In this document: piece after piece, positions 1 through 11,859 of the stretch
Layout of the letters: every line of letters starts with the position of its first letter
How positions within the stretch are numbered: position 1 is the stretch's first letter
Source: Harriotta raleighana
Lineage: Eukaryota
Direction of reading: 5' to 3'
Assembly: GCA_050575255.1 (NCBI GenBank)
Contig: JBNZDD010013635.1
Location: 654,947-718,946, forward strand
DNA length: 64,000 nucleotides
Position numbers and translations under genes: made by a program
The notes under the pieces: model-generated
The model's input: only the letters and a program-made list of their open reading frames with translations
Told to the model about the DNA's origin: nothing
The model's database searches: none

Positions 1-351
1 GTTGGGGTTGTTTATGGGGTTATCGTGACTGAAAGTTTGGTAATTGTTGAACACTTGTCCACCAATATGTTTTATTAGATTACTGAATACATTTTTTTCA
101 CAACTTGTTGCACAGATTCCCCATACTTGTTCAAGGCTGTGTTCCTGAACTATTGGCTTAGAACTAATGTGGCTGGACGTAAACACCCTTTCACATCGGA
201 GGAACATTATTGATGATGTTGGAAGCCTCTTAATTGCTCCAGTCTTTCGAGAGGTCATTTTCAATCTTAGAAAGATTTTCTTAGAAGGTGGTTCAGCCCA
301 TTTGATGCCAATAGATGGGGTGCAGCTCATTTGATGCCAACTGAAGGGATA

Positions 352-656
352 GAGTCTTGTAGCTCGTTGGTTAGAGCACTCATCTTACAAGCGAGAGACC
401 TGGGTTTAATTCCGGGCAGGGTGAAACCTTGGATAAGTTTCCTTACTCCACATGCTGAATAAAAATCCCTCAAAAAAAATTGGTCCTTTCAATCCATGAC
501 TGTTTGTAGTACACTGCTGTTCACAATTGGCTGCTGCATTTCGCCCGTAAATATACAATCAATTCACTTTACAGTATATTCTGTGAAGTGCTTTGAGATA
601 TCCAGAAGATGAGAAAAGAGCTAATATCAAATGCAAGGATCATTATCTATTATTAT
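352..656 (+). mobile_element. Full-length tRNA-derived SINE (young family)
   Basis: Head GTAGCTCGTTGGTTAGAGCACTC (A-box), AAACCTTGGATAAGTTTCCTTACTCCAC body, tail ATCAAATGCAAGGAT(ATT)n. Confidence 0.92.
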
Positions 657-1412
657 GCATGTTTTCCAAGGATTGGTTCAACTCCGTGCCACAGGGTGTG
701 ATTAAAGTGGGATGCCATCTTTCCTTTCCTTTCCAAGCACACTCAATGATTTATAGCAATCTCAAATGGGCTGACTTTACTCCCCGTTCCCTCCTCTCCC
801 CAGTAGTGTCTTCAGCTGCTGCTTTGCCTACAGCTAACTCCCTACAGACAAGGGTTTGAAACTGCCATGTCCTGATCTTGTAATGGTTCATTGGTACATC
901 AGAGCCTTTTCTTGGGGAGGCCATTGGAGGACAGATAACTGATGGAAACTATTTGACTTCCATAACGTGATAAGCTGCTAAATCAAATGCAAAGATTATT
1001 ATCATTAAATTGATTTTCATATAATAATGGGAATAGTTGAAAGACAAGAAATAACTCAGCCCATGTAAGTTTTGAAAAGTGAACTTGCCTGTCCCTTTCT
1101 AAAACCTTAAAGTAAACCACTGCATTCTTGAAGGGTTTTCAAGGCTGTGGAATATTCACTTTCCATAATTTGGGCACTGTTCGAAACTGCAATCTACAGA
1201 GAGTTCAGCTGTGAGGCAGTTTTTACTGAAATAACATCACAAAATGGAGGTTTTCACCACAGTCATGTTTGAAATCATTAGGCAGCAGCTGTTGTGTTTA
1301 TACTTAGAACAAAGGTTGCATATTACAAATCAACTGGCTCAATTTTCTCTACCGTCCACATATAAGCAAGAAGTATTTAAGGAAGTCAAGAGCACTTCTG
1401 TATAGCTAAAAG

Positions 1413-1430
1413 TGACCCCCAGAGGGCAGA
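1413..1430 (+). promoter_or_regulatory. CTCF-like motif (also at 4317-4334 in the duplicate)
   Basis: TGACCCCCAGAGGGCAGA vs consensus CCASYAGRKGGCRS, one core mismatch. Motif match only. Confidence 0.3.
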
Positions 1431-1534
1431 AGCAAACCTTCCTACAAGACTTGTTTGTTGGCATTGACTGTCAAAATCCTTTTATATCTAAATAATGCTA
1501 TAAAAAATTGATATCTAAATAATAATTATAACCC

Positions 1535-1803
1535 ACAATAATAAAAATTGCTCTTTCAATCCACGGCTGCTGTGCGCAATTGGCTGCCGCATTTCGCCCA
1601 CAAATATACAGTCAATTCACTTTACGGTATATTCTGCGCTTTGAGATCCTGATAAGACATGAAAAGCGCTATATCAAATGCAAGTATTACTATTAAGACT
1701 AACAATAATCATTGCATTTGATATCGCGCCCTATCACACCTTCGAGGCATCTCAAAGCGTGTCACAGCATGTTCTGTAGAGTGGTTTGACTGTGTATTGT
1801 GAT
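1535..1803. mobile_element. Tail-to-tail pair of SINE 3' halves (+ 1535-1695; - 1701-1803); duplicated at ~4439-4780
   Basis: GCTGTGCGCAATTGGCTGCCGC...AAAAGCGCTATATCAAATGCAAG is followed immediately by the reverse-complement tail TTGCATTTGATATCGCG. Confidence 0.85.
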
Positions 1804-2404
1804 GATAAAATTTACATTGGTATACATTTGTAACCCAACAACCNTGGTTGTGGGGATTAAAGCTGATCCTAACCAACTCCGCAGATACTTGAAGAACAGA
1901 ACAACAGTATAAAATAATGGAGAAGTAAGATTAATTTGCAGTAAAGTAGAAGAAGTTTATTGGAGCATTGACGAGGGCTCGGACAATCTTTTGTTGTACT
2001 TGGGAACAGAAATAAATGCGATTAAATCCGCACATTTAATTTGACAATGGAATTTAATAGTTGATAGTTAACTCTGCAGGCGACTAATGTATTCCAACAC
2101 ACCCTGTCTTTATTCCACCACTCGTGCCCCCTTTTTGCTCCCCCTCGGCCTCGGCTTGATATATAAATAACTTCCACATTTGCTGTTGGCATAGTCAATC
2201 TCCTGACATTTCAGCCCCTACCGCTCTCCCAGATTACTCCACCAACCAACAGCTGCTGTTATGGGGAATATCAAACATATCAAGATTCCTAAGCATCAAC
2301 ATGTTTGGCAATAGCTATGCCTGATCACCCACTTCTGCTTCTCTGAGCAAATTCACAACTCGCTCAGTGAATATATTTTATTCTCCCGCCCCATCCTCTT
2401 CATA

Positions 2405-2473
2405 AACAACAACAACAAAATTACATTTATAGAGCACCTTTCATGTTGGGAGGATGGATGTCCCAAGGTGCTG
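2405..2473 (-). mobile_element. L2 LINE 3'-terminal stem-loop and (TTG)n tail
   Basis: Reverse complement of AGCACCTTGGGAC...CTCCCAACATGAAAGGTGCTCTATAAATGTAATTTTGTTGTTG. Confidence 0.75.
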
Positions 2474-3258
2474 GAAACAGCCCCACAGATACAAATTCTG
2501 AAATTTCATTGCATGTGTTGCTTCTTTATCCAAGGATACATTTCAAATTAATAGTTGACTGCCAGTCAATGCAATGCACACACTCCATTCAAAGGTTTTA
2601 TTTAACGTTTGATTTTTAATGTGTTTGCCAATATAAATCTTGCTGAATAGATTGCAAGCCCCATAATTTACCACATGCCAGAGGTTATGTGACCCAGTTG
2701 ACTCACACAATGTTCTAGCAGGGAGTTTAGTGCAGATTCAATTCCAGAATTCAAAACTGCAGCATAAACTGTACAAACATTGATTTACACACTGGCACCA
2801 AAACTTGCTCAAGCAGCGAGTTCTGCTGGGGCAGTCATTGAGATAGAGTGGTGCAAGCTCTCCAAGAAGCCATCCATGTTGTTGCAAGTTGTTATAGTTG
2901 TATATTTGTTGGGGTTGTTTATGGGGTTATCGTGACTGAAAGTTTGGTAATTGTTGAACACTTGTCCACCAATATGTTTTATTAGATTACTGAATACATT
3001 TTTTTCACAACTTGTTGCACAGATTCCCCATACTTGTTCAAGGCTGTGTTCCTGAACTATTGGCTTAGAACTAATGTGGCTGGACGTAAACACCCTTTCA
3101 CATCGGAGGAACATTATTGATGATGTTGGAAGCCTCTTAATTGCTCCAGTCTTTCGAGAGGTCATTTTCAATCTTAGAAAGATTTTCTTAGAAGGTGGTT
3201 CAGTCCATTTGATGCCAATAGATGGGGTGCAGCTCATTTGATGCCAACTGAAGGGATA

Positions 3259-3563
3259 GAGTCTTGTAGCTCGTTGGTTAGAGCACTCATCGTACAAGCG
3301 AGAGACCTGGGTTTAATTCCGGGCAGGGTGAAACCTTGGATAAGTTTCCTTACTCCACATGCTGAATAAAAATCCCTTAAAAAAAATTGGTCCTTTCAAT
3401 CCATGACTGTTTGTAGTACACTGCTGTTCACAATTGGCTGCTGCATTTCGCCCGTAAATATACAATCAATTCACTTTACAGTATATTCTGTGAAGTGCTT
3501 TGAGATATCCAGAAGATGAGAAAAGAGCTAATATCAAATGCAAGGATCATTATCTATTATTAT
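3259..3563 (+). mobile_element. Same SINE in the duplicated segment
   Basis: Copy of 352-656 at offset 2907. Confidence 0.92.
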
Positions 3564-5064
3564 GCATGTTTTCCAAGGATTGGCACAGGGTGCCACAGGG
3601 TGTGATTAAAGTGGGATGCCATCTTTCCTTTCCTTTCCAAGCACACTCAATGATTTATAGCAATCTCAAATGGGCTGACTTTACTCCCCGTTCCCTCCTC
3701 TCCCTAGTAGTGTCTTCAGCTGCTGCTCTGCCTACAGCTAACTCCCCACAGACAAAGGTTTGAAACTGCCATGTCCTGATCTTGTAATGGATCACTGGTA
3801 CATCAGAGCCTTTTCTTGGGGAGGCCATTGGAGGACAGATAACTGATGGAAACTATGTGACTTCCATAACGTGATAAGCTGCTAAATCAAATGCAAAGAT
3901 TATTATCATTAAATTGATTTTCATATAATAATGGGAATAGTTGAAAGACAAGAAATAACTCAGCCCATGTAAGTTTTGAAAAGTGAACTTGCCTGTCCCT
4001 TTCTAAAACCTTAAAGTAAACCACTGCATTCTTGAAGGGTTTTCAAGGCTATGGAATATTCATTTTCCATAATTTGGGCACTGTTCGAAACTGCAATCTA
4101 CAGAGAGTTCAGCTGTGAGGCAGTTTTTACTGAAATAACATCACAAAATGGAGGTTTTCACCACAGTCATGTTTGAAATCATTAGGCAGCAGCTGTTGTG
4201 TTTATACTTAGAACAAAGGTTGCATATTACAAATCAACTGGCTCAATTTTCTCTACCGTCCACATATAAGCAAGAAGTATTTAAGGAAGTCAAGAGCACT
4301 TCTGTATAGCTAAAAGTGACCCCCAGAGGGCAGAAGCAAACCTTCCTACAAGACTTGTTTGTTGGCATTGACTGTCAAAATCCTTTTATATCTAAATAAT
4401 GCTATAAAAAATTGATATCTAAATAATAATTATAACCCACAATAATAAAAATTGCTCTTTCAATCCACGGCTGCTTTGCGCAATTGGCTGCCGCATTTCG
4501 CCCACAAATATACAGTCAATTCACTTTACGGTATATTCTGCGCTTTGAGATCCTGATAAGACATGAAAAGCGCTATATCAAATGCAAGTATTACTATTAA
4601 GACTAACAATAATCGTTGCATTTGATATCGCGCCCTATCACACCTTCGAGGCATCTCAAAGCGTGTCACAGCATGTTCTGTAGAGTGGTTTGACTGTGTA
4701 TTGTGATGATAAAATTTACATTGGTATACATTTGTAACCCAACAACCAGTTGTGCACAGCAGTGTCCCACACACAGTCTTAACTATTGTTATTATTTTTA
4801 ACAGAATATTCCCAAAGCAAAACAATGACAATTTTATGTACAGTATTTCACTTTTCCTTCCTCAATTTTCCATGCTCTTCTCTTAGGAGTATTAATTCTT
4901 GTTGTTCAAGGTTACTGAGTGACCTCCTGTACCTTAGACAAGTTCATATTCTGCTGGATGCTTTTATAAGGAAAAAATCCCACTCTTGAAATTTAAATTG
5001 GGCTTGGAGCATTGCAGAACGTCAACCATAGAGAAGTGAGACGCCTTGATAAAAATTGCACTTG

Positions 5065-5133
5065 ACGCCTTGGGACATCCTCCTGATATGAAAGGCACTA
5101 TACAAGTATAATTTTGTTGTTGTTGTTGCTGTT
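5065..5133 (+). mobile_element. L2 LINE 3'-terminal stem-loop and (TTG)n tail
   Basis: CGCCTTGGGACATCCTCCTGATATGAAAGGCACTATACAAG...TTGTTGTTG. Confidence 0.75.
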
Positions 5134-5438
5134 ATGGAAACTGCAGGGTACAGTTGAAGTGCAGAGGCATTGAATTAAAATCCAATTAAAATCTCTTTGG
5201 CTATATTTCAATTCCAAATAAATTAGTTTTCCCGTATTTGTTTTCCTGCCTTTGCATTCTTATTTGTCTTGGAAAGATCTGTGCTTCACAGAGATTCCCA
5301 TAGGTCAACATTGCTCTGTGAACAGCATTTACAACTGCCTCTTATACACTTACACTTATTTATCTTGGAGATAATGCACAGGTGAACATTTTCTCTATAA
5401 AAAAAAGCTACCCACTGCTGCTGACTGTAATGGTATTT

Positions 5439-5547
5439 GTTTCACCTACAAAACACACAGTCACTACACTTTAGTTTGTTAAGCACTTTGAGATGCCTTG
5501 AAGATGTGATAAGGTGCTATATCAAATGCAAAGATTATTATTATTAT
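5439..5547 (+). mobile_element. SINE 3' fragment
   Basis: CAGTCACTACACTT...GCACTTTGAGATGCC...GCTATATCAAATGCAAAGATTATTATT. Confidence 0.75.
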
Positions 5548-5951
5548 ATTCATTCAAGTTACCACCTTACTCTTTCCAAGAACTGTTGAGCTCCATCAAA
5601 TGACCTTTCATGAAAAATATGGGATGAGAACTGGTTGTTTGTCTGCTGGAGTTAATCCTTTCAGCACATTAACCCATTGCGTCATATAACCAGACTTCTC
5701 CACACTTTCCAGTGGGAGTATTTGAACAGACAATACTCTCTTGACATGAGCTGCCCTGTCAAATATTAACTAGCTGGTTTCAGTCATTTCACTGTGTTTC
5801 ATTCCACTTGTGTTGATTGTATCATGAAAAACAAGGTTTATCTAAATTGAAATATGTTTAACGTGCATTGGCTAATATATCCTGCTTCTGGAAAGGCTAT
5901 AAAAGATGATCTTTATGTATATTTGTCACACAGTGTTTTCAAAATGAAAAT

Positions 5952-6121
5952 ATAATAATAATCCTTGCATTTGATGTAATGCTTTTCACGTCTTCTAAAC
6001 ATTGCAAAGCGCTTCATAGAATATACCATAAAGTGAATTGACTGTACATTTGTGGGCAAAACGCAGCAGCCAATTGCACAGAGCAATGTCTCACAAACAG
6101 TCGTGGATTAAAATGACCAAT
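5952..6121 (-). mobile_element. SINE 3' half
   Basis: Reverse complement of the SINE body and tail (ATAATAATCCTTGCATTTGAT...CAGCCAATTGCAC...GTGGATT). Confidence 0.88.
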
Positions 6122-6287
6122 AAAGCTCTAGTTTCCACATTGTTGTGGTTCCCCTTTTAGCTGTATTTTCTACTGTCAACATGAATTAGGCCTCCCGGCT
6201 GTCGCATCATTAGAACGCAGCACAATCCATCTATTCGTGACAATTTTGTGAAACGGGCGTTTAATTAAATGCCATTCCACAATACTA

Positions 6288-6306
6288 TTGCCACTAGGTG
6301 GAGACA
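6288..6306 (+). promoter_or_regulatory. CTCF-like motif next to a small CpG-retaining unique patch
   Basis: TTGCCACTAGGTGGAGACA matches CCASYAGRKGG exactly, with a mismatch at the following C. Several CpGs lie at 6197-6260. Confidence 0.4.
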
Positions 6307-6802
6307 AAGATCATGTTTTATGAAGATTAGAATTGCTGGATGATCCTAATCCATTTGTGTGTTAAAAGCTCAGTGTCTGTTGACATAACTGTAATCATGG
6401 CAGCTATTCTATTTTATTATATTGACCACATTTTCCATTTAATTGCATCACTCTTTATTGGCTTCTCCTTCTAGTCCAAACAATTATCCTTGCATTTGAT
6501 TACAGATTTACATATTAGGATCTTGAAGACGTGATAAGAGCTGTAGCAAATGCAATATTATTATTATTTTTTATTAAAATAATTAGCAGTCTTAGCAGTA
6601 TCTCAAAGTGCTCTCAAACATATAGCAAATGCACTACTCACTGTTCAGATTAAGATTTGGATTTTGAGATAGTCTGTCATTGGAACCCCAATTTAGTCTG
6701 CCACAAAGAGATAGGATGTGGGTTACACATGCAGCTCCCCACAGAGCTAGCCTGTTTGTGCCAGTGTGAAGGACGAAAGCAACAACCAGGGGTTTCCTGC
6801 AG

Positions 6803-7135
6803 ATAATAATAATAATAATAATCCTTGCATATGATACAGCGCTTTTCACATCCTATCGATGCCTCAAAGCGCATCACAGAATATACTGTTAAGTGAATTG
6901 ATTGTATATTTGTGGGTAGAACGCGGCAGCCAATTGCACACAGCAGTATCCCATAAACAGTCATGGATTGAAATGACCAATTTATTATTATTATGATGGT
7001 TTTTTTGGGGACAGATTATTATTAGGCATGTGGAGAAAGGAAACTTGCCCAAGGTTTCGCCCTGATCTGCCTGGATTCGAAGCACAGGTTTCACGCTTGT
7101 AAGGCGAGTGCTCTAACCACTGAGCAACAGGAGCT
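6803..7135 (-). mobile_element. Full-length tRNA-derived SINE
   Basis: Complete head (A-box, CTCGCCTTACAAGCG arm, TTCGAATCC B-box), body and (ATT)n tail in reverse orientation. Confidence 0.93.
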
Positions 7136-7339
7136 GCACTAGGAGTTGGAGGTTTATTCCAATCTTGTAACTCTAGGTCTCTAGGTCAGCATGCCGTCAG
7201 CTACAGATGGAAAACAACTGGGGAAATAAGGGAAGGAGAAGTTGACACCCCGAAGAGTGTACATGTGTGATCTAGACAACAACCTATAGTTATATACCGA
7301 CCATCACACCAGATAATGTCTCGGAGTGCTTATCTAGTT

Positions 7340-7599
7340 GTCTGTCGTTTTAAAATTTGTTAGAAAGGTAAAAATTCACCCAAGTGTCAATTTGTTCTTT
7401 AAAGTAAGCTCGAGAGCCAGTCCCGTCCTGTTTGTAAATCTAGCGATGAATGAGAAACTCGTGTGCTGCATGTTCCAGAATTCCCGTGAATTTGAGGGCT
7501 TGATTTTTTCCAAGTCTCTGCTATTCATTAGCGGTGATCGAACCACAAAGTTGGAAACGGAAATTAACCATTGCGATCAAAAGGTTTGAGAACACTGCT
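7340..7599. mobile_element. Possible hAT/Charlie-like DNA transposon end
   Basis: CpG-richer patch ending AAAAGGTTTGAGAACACTG, which resembles the CAGTG(G)TTCTCAAAC-type hAT terminal repeat. No matching left terminus seen. Confidence 0.3.
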
Positions 7600-8518
7600 T
7601 CGGATGAGGTCAACATATATAATCATTGTTAACATCCAGTGATCAATTATGACTGCAAAATGATTGCAGATGTGTTTCCCTCGCATCACATGAATTGCAC
7701 TTGTGCCAATCCAGTGCTTGGCTGTCTCCAATGAAGACTCTCGCTCTCTGCGTTCTGTTCTTTGTAACTTCAGTCCCCTTCTAATATGAATTATGCCCTT
7801 TGATTTAGTTTTTGCAAGGTGTCAAAATCTAAACTTTGTAGCTCACACAGCATTGTGTCACTAAAAAGGAAACGCAGCATTTAACACTATCGACGATCAC
7901 GACAAAGAAATACTAATTTCCAAAATTACTCTTCTGGGGTTTCTGGGGATCATGAAAATACTTCTTTGACATAAAATGGTCCTTAATGATCATTTTATCT
8001 ATTCAATAGAACAACATGGATCAGGGTCAAGACTGTATAGCAACCAAACATTGGATGCAAATTGGATTGTGTAAAATTCACGGTTGACGTTCAGTATCAA
8101 ATCGTTGGTTAATCCATGCTCAGTGGATTGTTGTTAACTGAATTTTAGTCCACATCGTAAGTTTATTATTTTAAACACACTTCTATATTTTACTCTTTCA
8201 TTGCATTGAAATTGTTCTCTTGCCTTCAAATGTCTCTTTAGCTGCTTGATAGCAGAATTGGCAACAGGGAATTGGGGCATTGAACCAAGATGATGACTGC
8301 TTGACGGTGTGCGAAGGCTGTAGCATTTGTGTTGGGTGCCATGGGCCAAATCAAATTTTTCCCCATCCTGACAGATAGCGGTAAATCAAAGTGTAATGTC
8401 AATTGAGGACAGGATGGGACAGGATTATTGTTTGACTGGAAAGAGAAGAAGATTCACAGCTGAGCCTCAGATTCAGCTGTGCTGGGCTCAGCTGTGAATC
8501 TTCTTCTCTTTCCAGTCA

Positions 8519-8833
8519 AATAATAACAATAATAATCGTTGCATTTGATATAGTGCTTTTCATGTCTTCTAGATGCCTCAAAGCACTTCATAGAACATAT
8601 TGTAAAGTGAATTGACTGTATATTTGTGGGTGAAACCCAGGTGCCAATTGCGCACAGCAGTGTCCCACAAACAGTTGTGGATTGAGTGACCAATTTATTA
8701 TTGTGTTTTTTTATGGGATTATTATTAAGCATTTGGAGTAAAGAAACTTGCCCAAGGTTTCGCCGTGTCTGGAATTGATCCCAGGTCTCTCGTTTCTGAG
8801 GCGAGCACTCTAACCACTGAGCTACAGGAATTC
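8519..8833 (-). mobile_element. Full-length tRNA-derived SINE
   Basis: Reverse-complement head (GAGCACTCTAACCACTGAGCTACAGGA on +), body and tail. Confidence 0.92.
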
Positions 8834-9233
8834 AAATCTGTTGACCACACACACAAAAAAAGGCTCACCCGTGAGTAATGGCTTGTGACCAAACCATAAC
8901 CCCACATTAGATGGAAAAAGGTGCACGAGAGGGAAAGAAATTGGTATTAAATTTTAAAATACTACAACTGGACATGTTTTTGGGCAGGAATACATTCATG
9001 TTGTCTCAAGACCAATTCATCAGCACAGAATCTTATATCAGCTGTCGGATTCCAGCAGAAATGTTGTACATTAATAACAAAGAAATACTGCAGTAAGCAG
9101 TTTATAGTTTAATGTTAAATCCCACCCTTCCACATGAAAATGTAACATATTAGTCTATCTAGAGTTACAAGAAATAACTTTGGTCATTAAATGTTGCCAG
9201 TGCAGACATGCCAAGAATGTAACTAGACTGCTT

Positions 9234-9342
9234 ATAATAATAATAATAATCCTTGCATATTATATAGGGCTTTTCATGTCTTCTAGACATCTCAAAAATA
9301 GCCCACAAACAGTCATGGATTGAATTGACCAATTTATTATTG
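9234..9342 (-). mobile_element. Internally deleted SINE fragment
   Basis: Tail joined directly to CCCACAAACAGTCATGGATTGAA. Confidence 0.8.
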
Positions 9343-11047
9343 TTTATGGCTGTAGAGCAGTGCAGCTAGTGTTCCTGGAAAATGGATCTGGAATCCTAAA
9401 TTTAACAAATGGGAATGGGCGTTTTTATCTTAAACATCAGACTGGTCTAGTTTCACTAACGAGTAAAGGTCAATAAATGAAGCGATTATCATTAAGGACC
9501 ACTTTACGTCAAAACACCTCTGAGACCTCGGCAATTGTATAAACTGCCTGGACATAAAGTCCTTTACACTGGCCTTGATGCGTTTACAGCTGCATTATTG
9601 CTTTACCTGGCAGAATCTACTTGTCAGTTTGAGCTCCATGTATCCTAGTTGCTCATTTCCACAGTGACCAATGTTAAACTAATACAGCAACAGTGACACC
9701 AACCACCACCAATGAACTTCGAATCATGAATCGAGAATTACAGTATTTCTTCAATTACCCGAAGGTGCAAAGAAGCAACTCATTTGATCAGTGCCTTGGA
9801 GGCAGTGCTTGCTGCATGTGATTTTGTGAAACTATAGTATTTTTGTGATTATATGATAATTGAGCAATAGCCTTATCTGGTGCAGAGAAATGAGGCAGTG
9901 AAGTAGGAAATGGGTTTAGTTGATGCAAATGCACAATCCAACATAAATGTATTTTGGCTGAAAGCATTAAATATAAGTAGAATTGATAGGAGTACATTTA
10001 GTCTCAGATGTCTTCCCTCTTATGCTGTGCGTGGAGTGTTGAGTGTTGTGAAGAACCGCTCTTTAGATAATCGACCGATTACGCACACAATTCCATACAG
10101 TGTGTGAAAGGCTTGGGAGCCAATACTTGTGTATGTAGAGGTGTCTGGTAACCAATGTATCTACTATGTTGTCCTCAGGTTTGGATCTCAAATAAGCGTT
10201 AAGACTTTCCACTTCAACTGCTGGAAGGGTGAGATCAAACGTGCCAAAGAAATTAATGAAACGGTTACTATCTTGTCTGGATGTTGTGATACTTCGAGAG
10301 CTAGTAAATATTTAGAAACTTTGCAATCCAATATTTGGATAATATTTGTCACTCTCCTGGTTATGGAGGAGAGTAAACAGAAAAGACTAGTTGCAAATTC
10401 CATATGGTTGGCTCGCTATTGTGGCTGACGATGAAAGCTGCATGTATGTGGGGAAAATAAAGAATTCTAGATATCTAAAATGGGTGATGGCCAAAGCTGT
10501 CGGTAATAAAGTCTGCTATAGATGGGTATTACAGTTTAAAAAAAAATTGCTGCTTGTGCGGGAAACTCTGATGATCCTTGGAAATGGACCTCAAACCTTG
10601 ATGACCTCAAAGCTCTAGTTAGAAAAATGACTCTAGTTTGCTTGTCTTCAATTGATTTGTAATGACAGGATTTGACTTTAGTTTATAAATCTCTATATCT
10701 ATTGGTTAATTAGATACAAAGGAAGCTTTGTTTTTTTTAAACCTACATCCGCAATGTTTTTTTTAGTGACGTGAATAGGATGAAAAAGGGGCCCAATCCT
10801 TACAAAATAGAAACAATCATTTGAGTTCCTTGAATTTCACTTGTAATGCCTACAGGCAGACACTAGATGACACCAGAGTTGCTGCCACACAATTATTCTA
10901 TGAGTTCTGCTAAACATGAGTTACATAGTTCAATCTTGATCAATTTAAATCTTTTTTTTCTAAAGGAACATAGTTTATTTGGAAACAAAAAAATTGTTCT
11001 AAAAAACACTGGGTTCTCTGCCACTCCCCTTTCCCTGGCAGTCACCT

Positions 11048-11189
11048 TGTGGGATGCTGCTGTGCGCAATTGGCTGCTGCGTTTCGCCCACAGTCAATAT
11101 ACAGTCAATTCACTTTACAGTATATTCTGTGAAGTGCTTTGAGGTGTCTAGAAGACATAAAAGATGCTATATCAAATGCAAGGATTATT
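11048..11189 (+). mobile_element. SINE 3' half
   Basis: TGTGGGATGCTGCTGTGCGCAATTGGCTG...ATCAAATGCAAGGATTATT. Confidence 0.9.
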
Positions 11190-11335
11190 CTGACAGTTCT
11201 GACGAAGGGACATGTACCCGAAACGTTGACTCACTTTTCCTTTCACCATAGATGCTGCCTGACCTGTTGAGTGTTCCCAGGTTATGCTCTTTTTGTTTCA
11301 GATTTCCAGCATCTGCAGTATTTTGCATTTTTGGA
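11190..11335 (+). mobile_element. Penelope-like retroelement terminal-repeat fragment of the type common in chondrichthyans
   Basis: CTGACGAAGGG...CCCGAAACGTTGAC...ATAGATGCTGCCTGACCTGTTGAG...TTTCAGATTTCCAGCATCTGCAGTATTTTGC, recognised from recalled shark repeat sequence. Confidence 0.7.
11195..11231 (+). ncRNA. Minimal type I hammerhead ribozyme motif
   Basis: Stem I AGTT/GACT, core CTGACGA (11199-11205) plus an extra A, stem II GGG...CCC, GAAA (11220-11223), palindromic AACGTT in place of helix III, cleavage triplet GUU ending at 11227. Confidence 0.65.
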
Positions 11336-11425
11336 AATATTATTATTATAGTTTGTTTCCTTTGATAATTGGCTGCAAATGAGTTATTTAGGATATTTGC
11401 TGTACCTTGTTCAATCAAAATTGTG

Positions 11426-11638
11426 TTGACTGTATATTTGTGCGTGAAAAACAGCAGCCAATTGCGCACAACAGTATCCCACAAACAGTCGTGGATTGAA
11501 AGACCAAATTTTTGGGGGAGTTATTATTATTGGGTGTGTGGAGTAAGAAAACTTGCCCAAGGTTTCGTCCTGCCTGGATTTGAACATAGGTCTCACGCTT
11601 GTAAGGCGAGTGCTCTAACCACTGAGCTACAGGAATCC
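11426..11638 (-). mobile_element. SINE head and body, tail missing
   Basis: Reverse head GTAAGGCGAGTGCTCTAACCACTGAGCTACAGGA and GAAAACTTGCCCAAGGTTT. Confidence 0.9.
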
Positions 11639-11859
11639 CCGGTGGATTCATTGGTGGATTACTTCAGCTATAATCTTTCAGTGTGGCCTGTAAGGAATAT
11701 GTCACACTGGACAAGCGAATAATGGGAAGCTGCACAGTCTAGCAATTTCTCCTTTGGCTCGAGAGATTCACATTGTCCAAATGTCCAGATAATATCAATA
11801 CTTGACCTGCCTTCTTTTTCTTTCTTTAAATGTCATCATAGATTCAGCTTGCTCTTCCA

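Larger units (their letters stand above)
1..4747. repeat. Near-identical direct duplication: 1-1843 = 2908-4747, first copy ending at a single N (1844)
   Basis: Offset is 2907 at the start and 2904 at the end, with scattered SNPs and one small indel. The ORF pair 593/3500 is duplicated. Probably an uncollapsed haplotype. Confidence 0.95.

Noticed and set aside
2809-3297. 162-aa minus-strand ORF as the next PPP2R3A exon
   Set aside because: No resemblance to the expected downstream sequence (KPEKKP...IPRFYFP) or the PR72 N-terminus, and it starts inside a SINE head.
8965-9030. Third hammerhead-like motif on the minus strand (CTGATGA...CCCAAAAACATGTC)
   Set aside because: GAAA core is mutated to AAAA, and stems I and II pair poorly. 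At best a dead relic.
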